Shown here piece after piece: positions 32,946 through 33,000 of a stretch of 33,000 nt of DNA; the first letter of the stretch is position 1; every line of letters begins with the position of its first letter. Below the pieces are notes generated by a model. That model did no database searches and was not told where the DNA came from. It worked only from the letters and a program-made list of their open reading frames with translations. Origin of the DNA: Octopus sinensis (lineage: Eukaryota); assembly GCF_006345805.1 (NCBI RefSeq), contig NC_042999.1:151032001-151065000 (forward strand). Direction: 5' to 3'. The position numbers were made by a program, and so were the translations under genes.

Positions 32946-33000
32946 AAGGCGGCGAGCTGGCAGAAACGTTAGCACGCTGGGCGAAATGCGTAGCCGTGTT
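32946..33000 (+). mobile_element. SINE family A head, cut by the window edge
   Basis: AAGGCGGCGAGCTGGCAGAAACGTTAGCACGCTGGGCGAAATGCGTAGCCG. Confidence 0.85.

Overview
This is repeat-dense, AT-rich eukaryotic DNA. The SINE families, Penelope-like elements and (TA)n/(CA)n/(TACA)n microsatellites resemble Octopus/coleoid cephalopod genomic DNA; that assignment is an inference from memory, not a database result. No complete recognisable protein-coding gene is present, and most ORFs in the supplied track are microsatellite read-throughs ([14 protein letters not shown]). Well-supported content: a decayed mariner with a nested SINE and a captured filler segment; about 20 copies of four tRNA-derived SINE families; RTE, L2/CR1-like and R4/Dong-like LINE fragments; two non-autonomous Helitrons; a 263-bp foldback; and several Penelope-like element (PLE) relics, two with clear GIY-YIG domains. 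One PLE derivative forms a ~865-bp tandem array, and there are several minimal hammerhead-ribozyme-like motifs. A motif-rich candidate promoter lies at ~24.7-24.9 kb, with a speculative, frame-compatible chain of minus-strand exons running leftward from it. All alignments and translations were done by eye.
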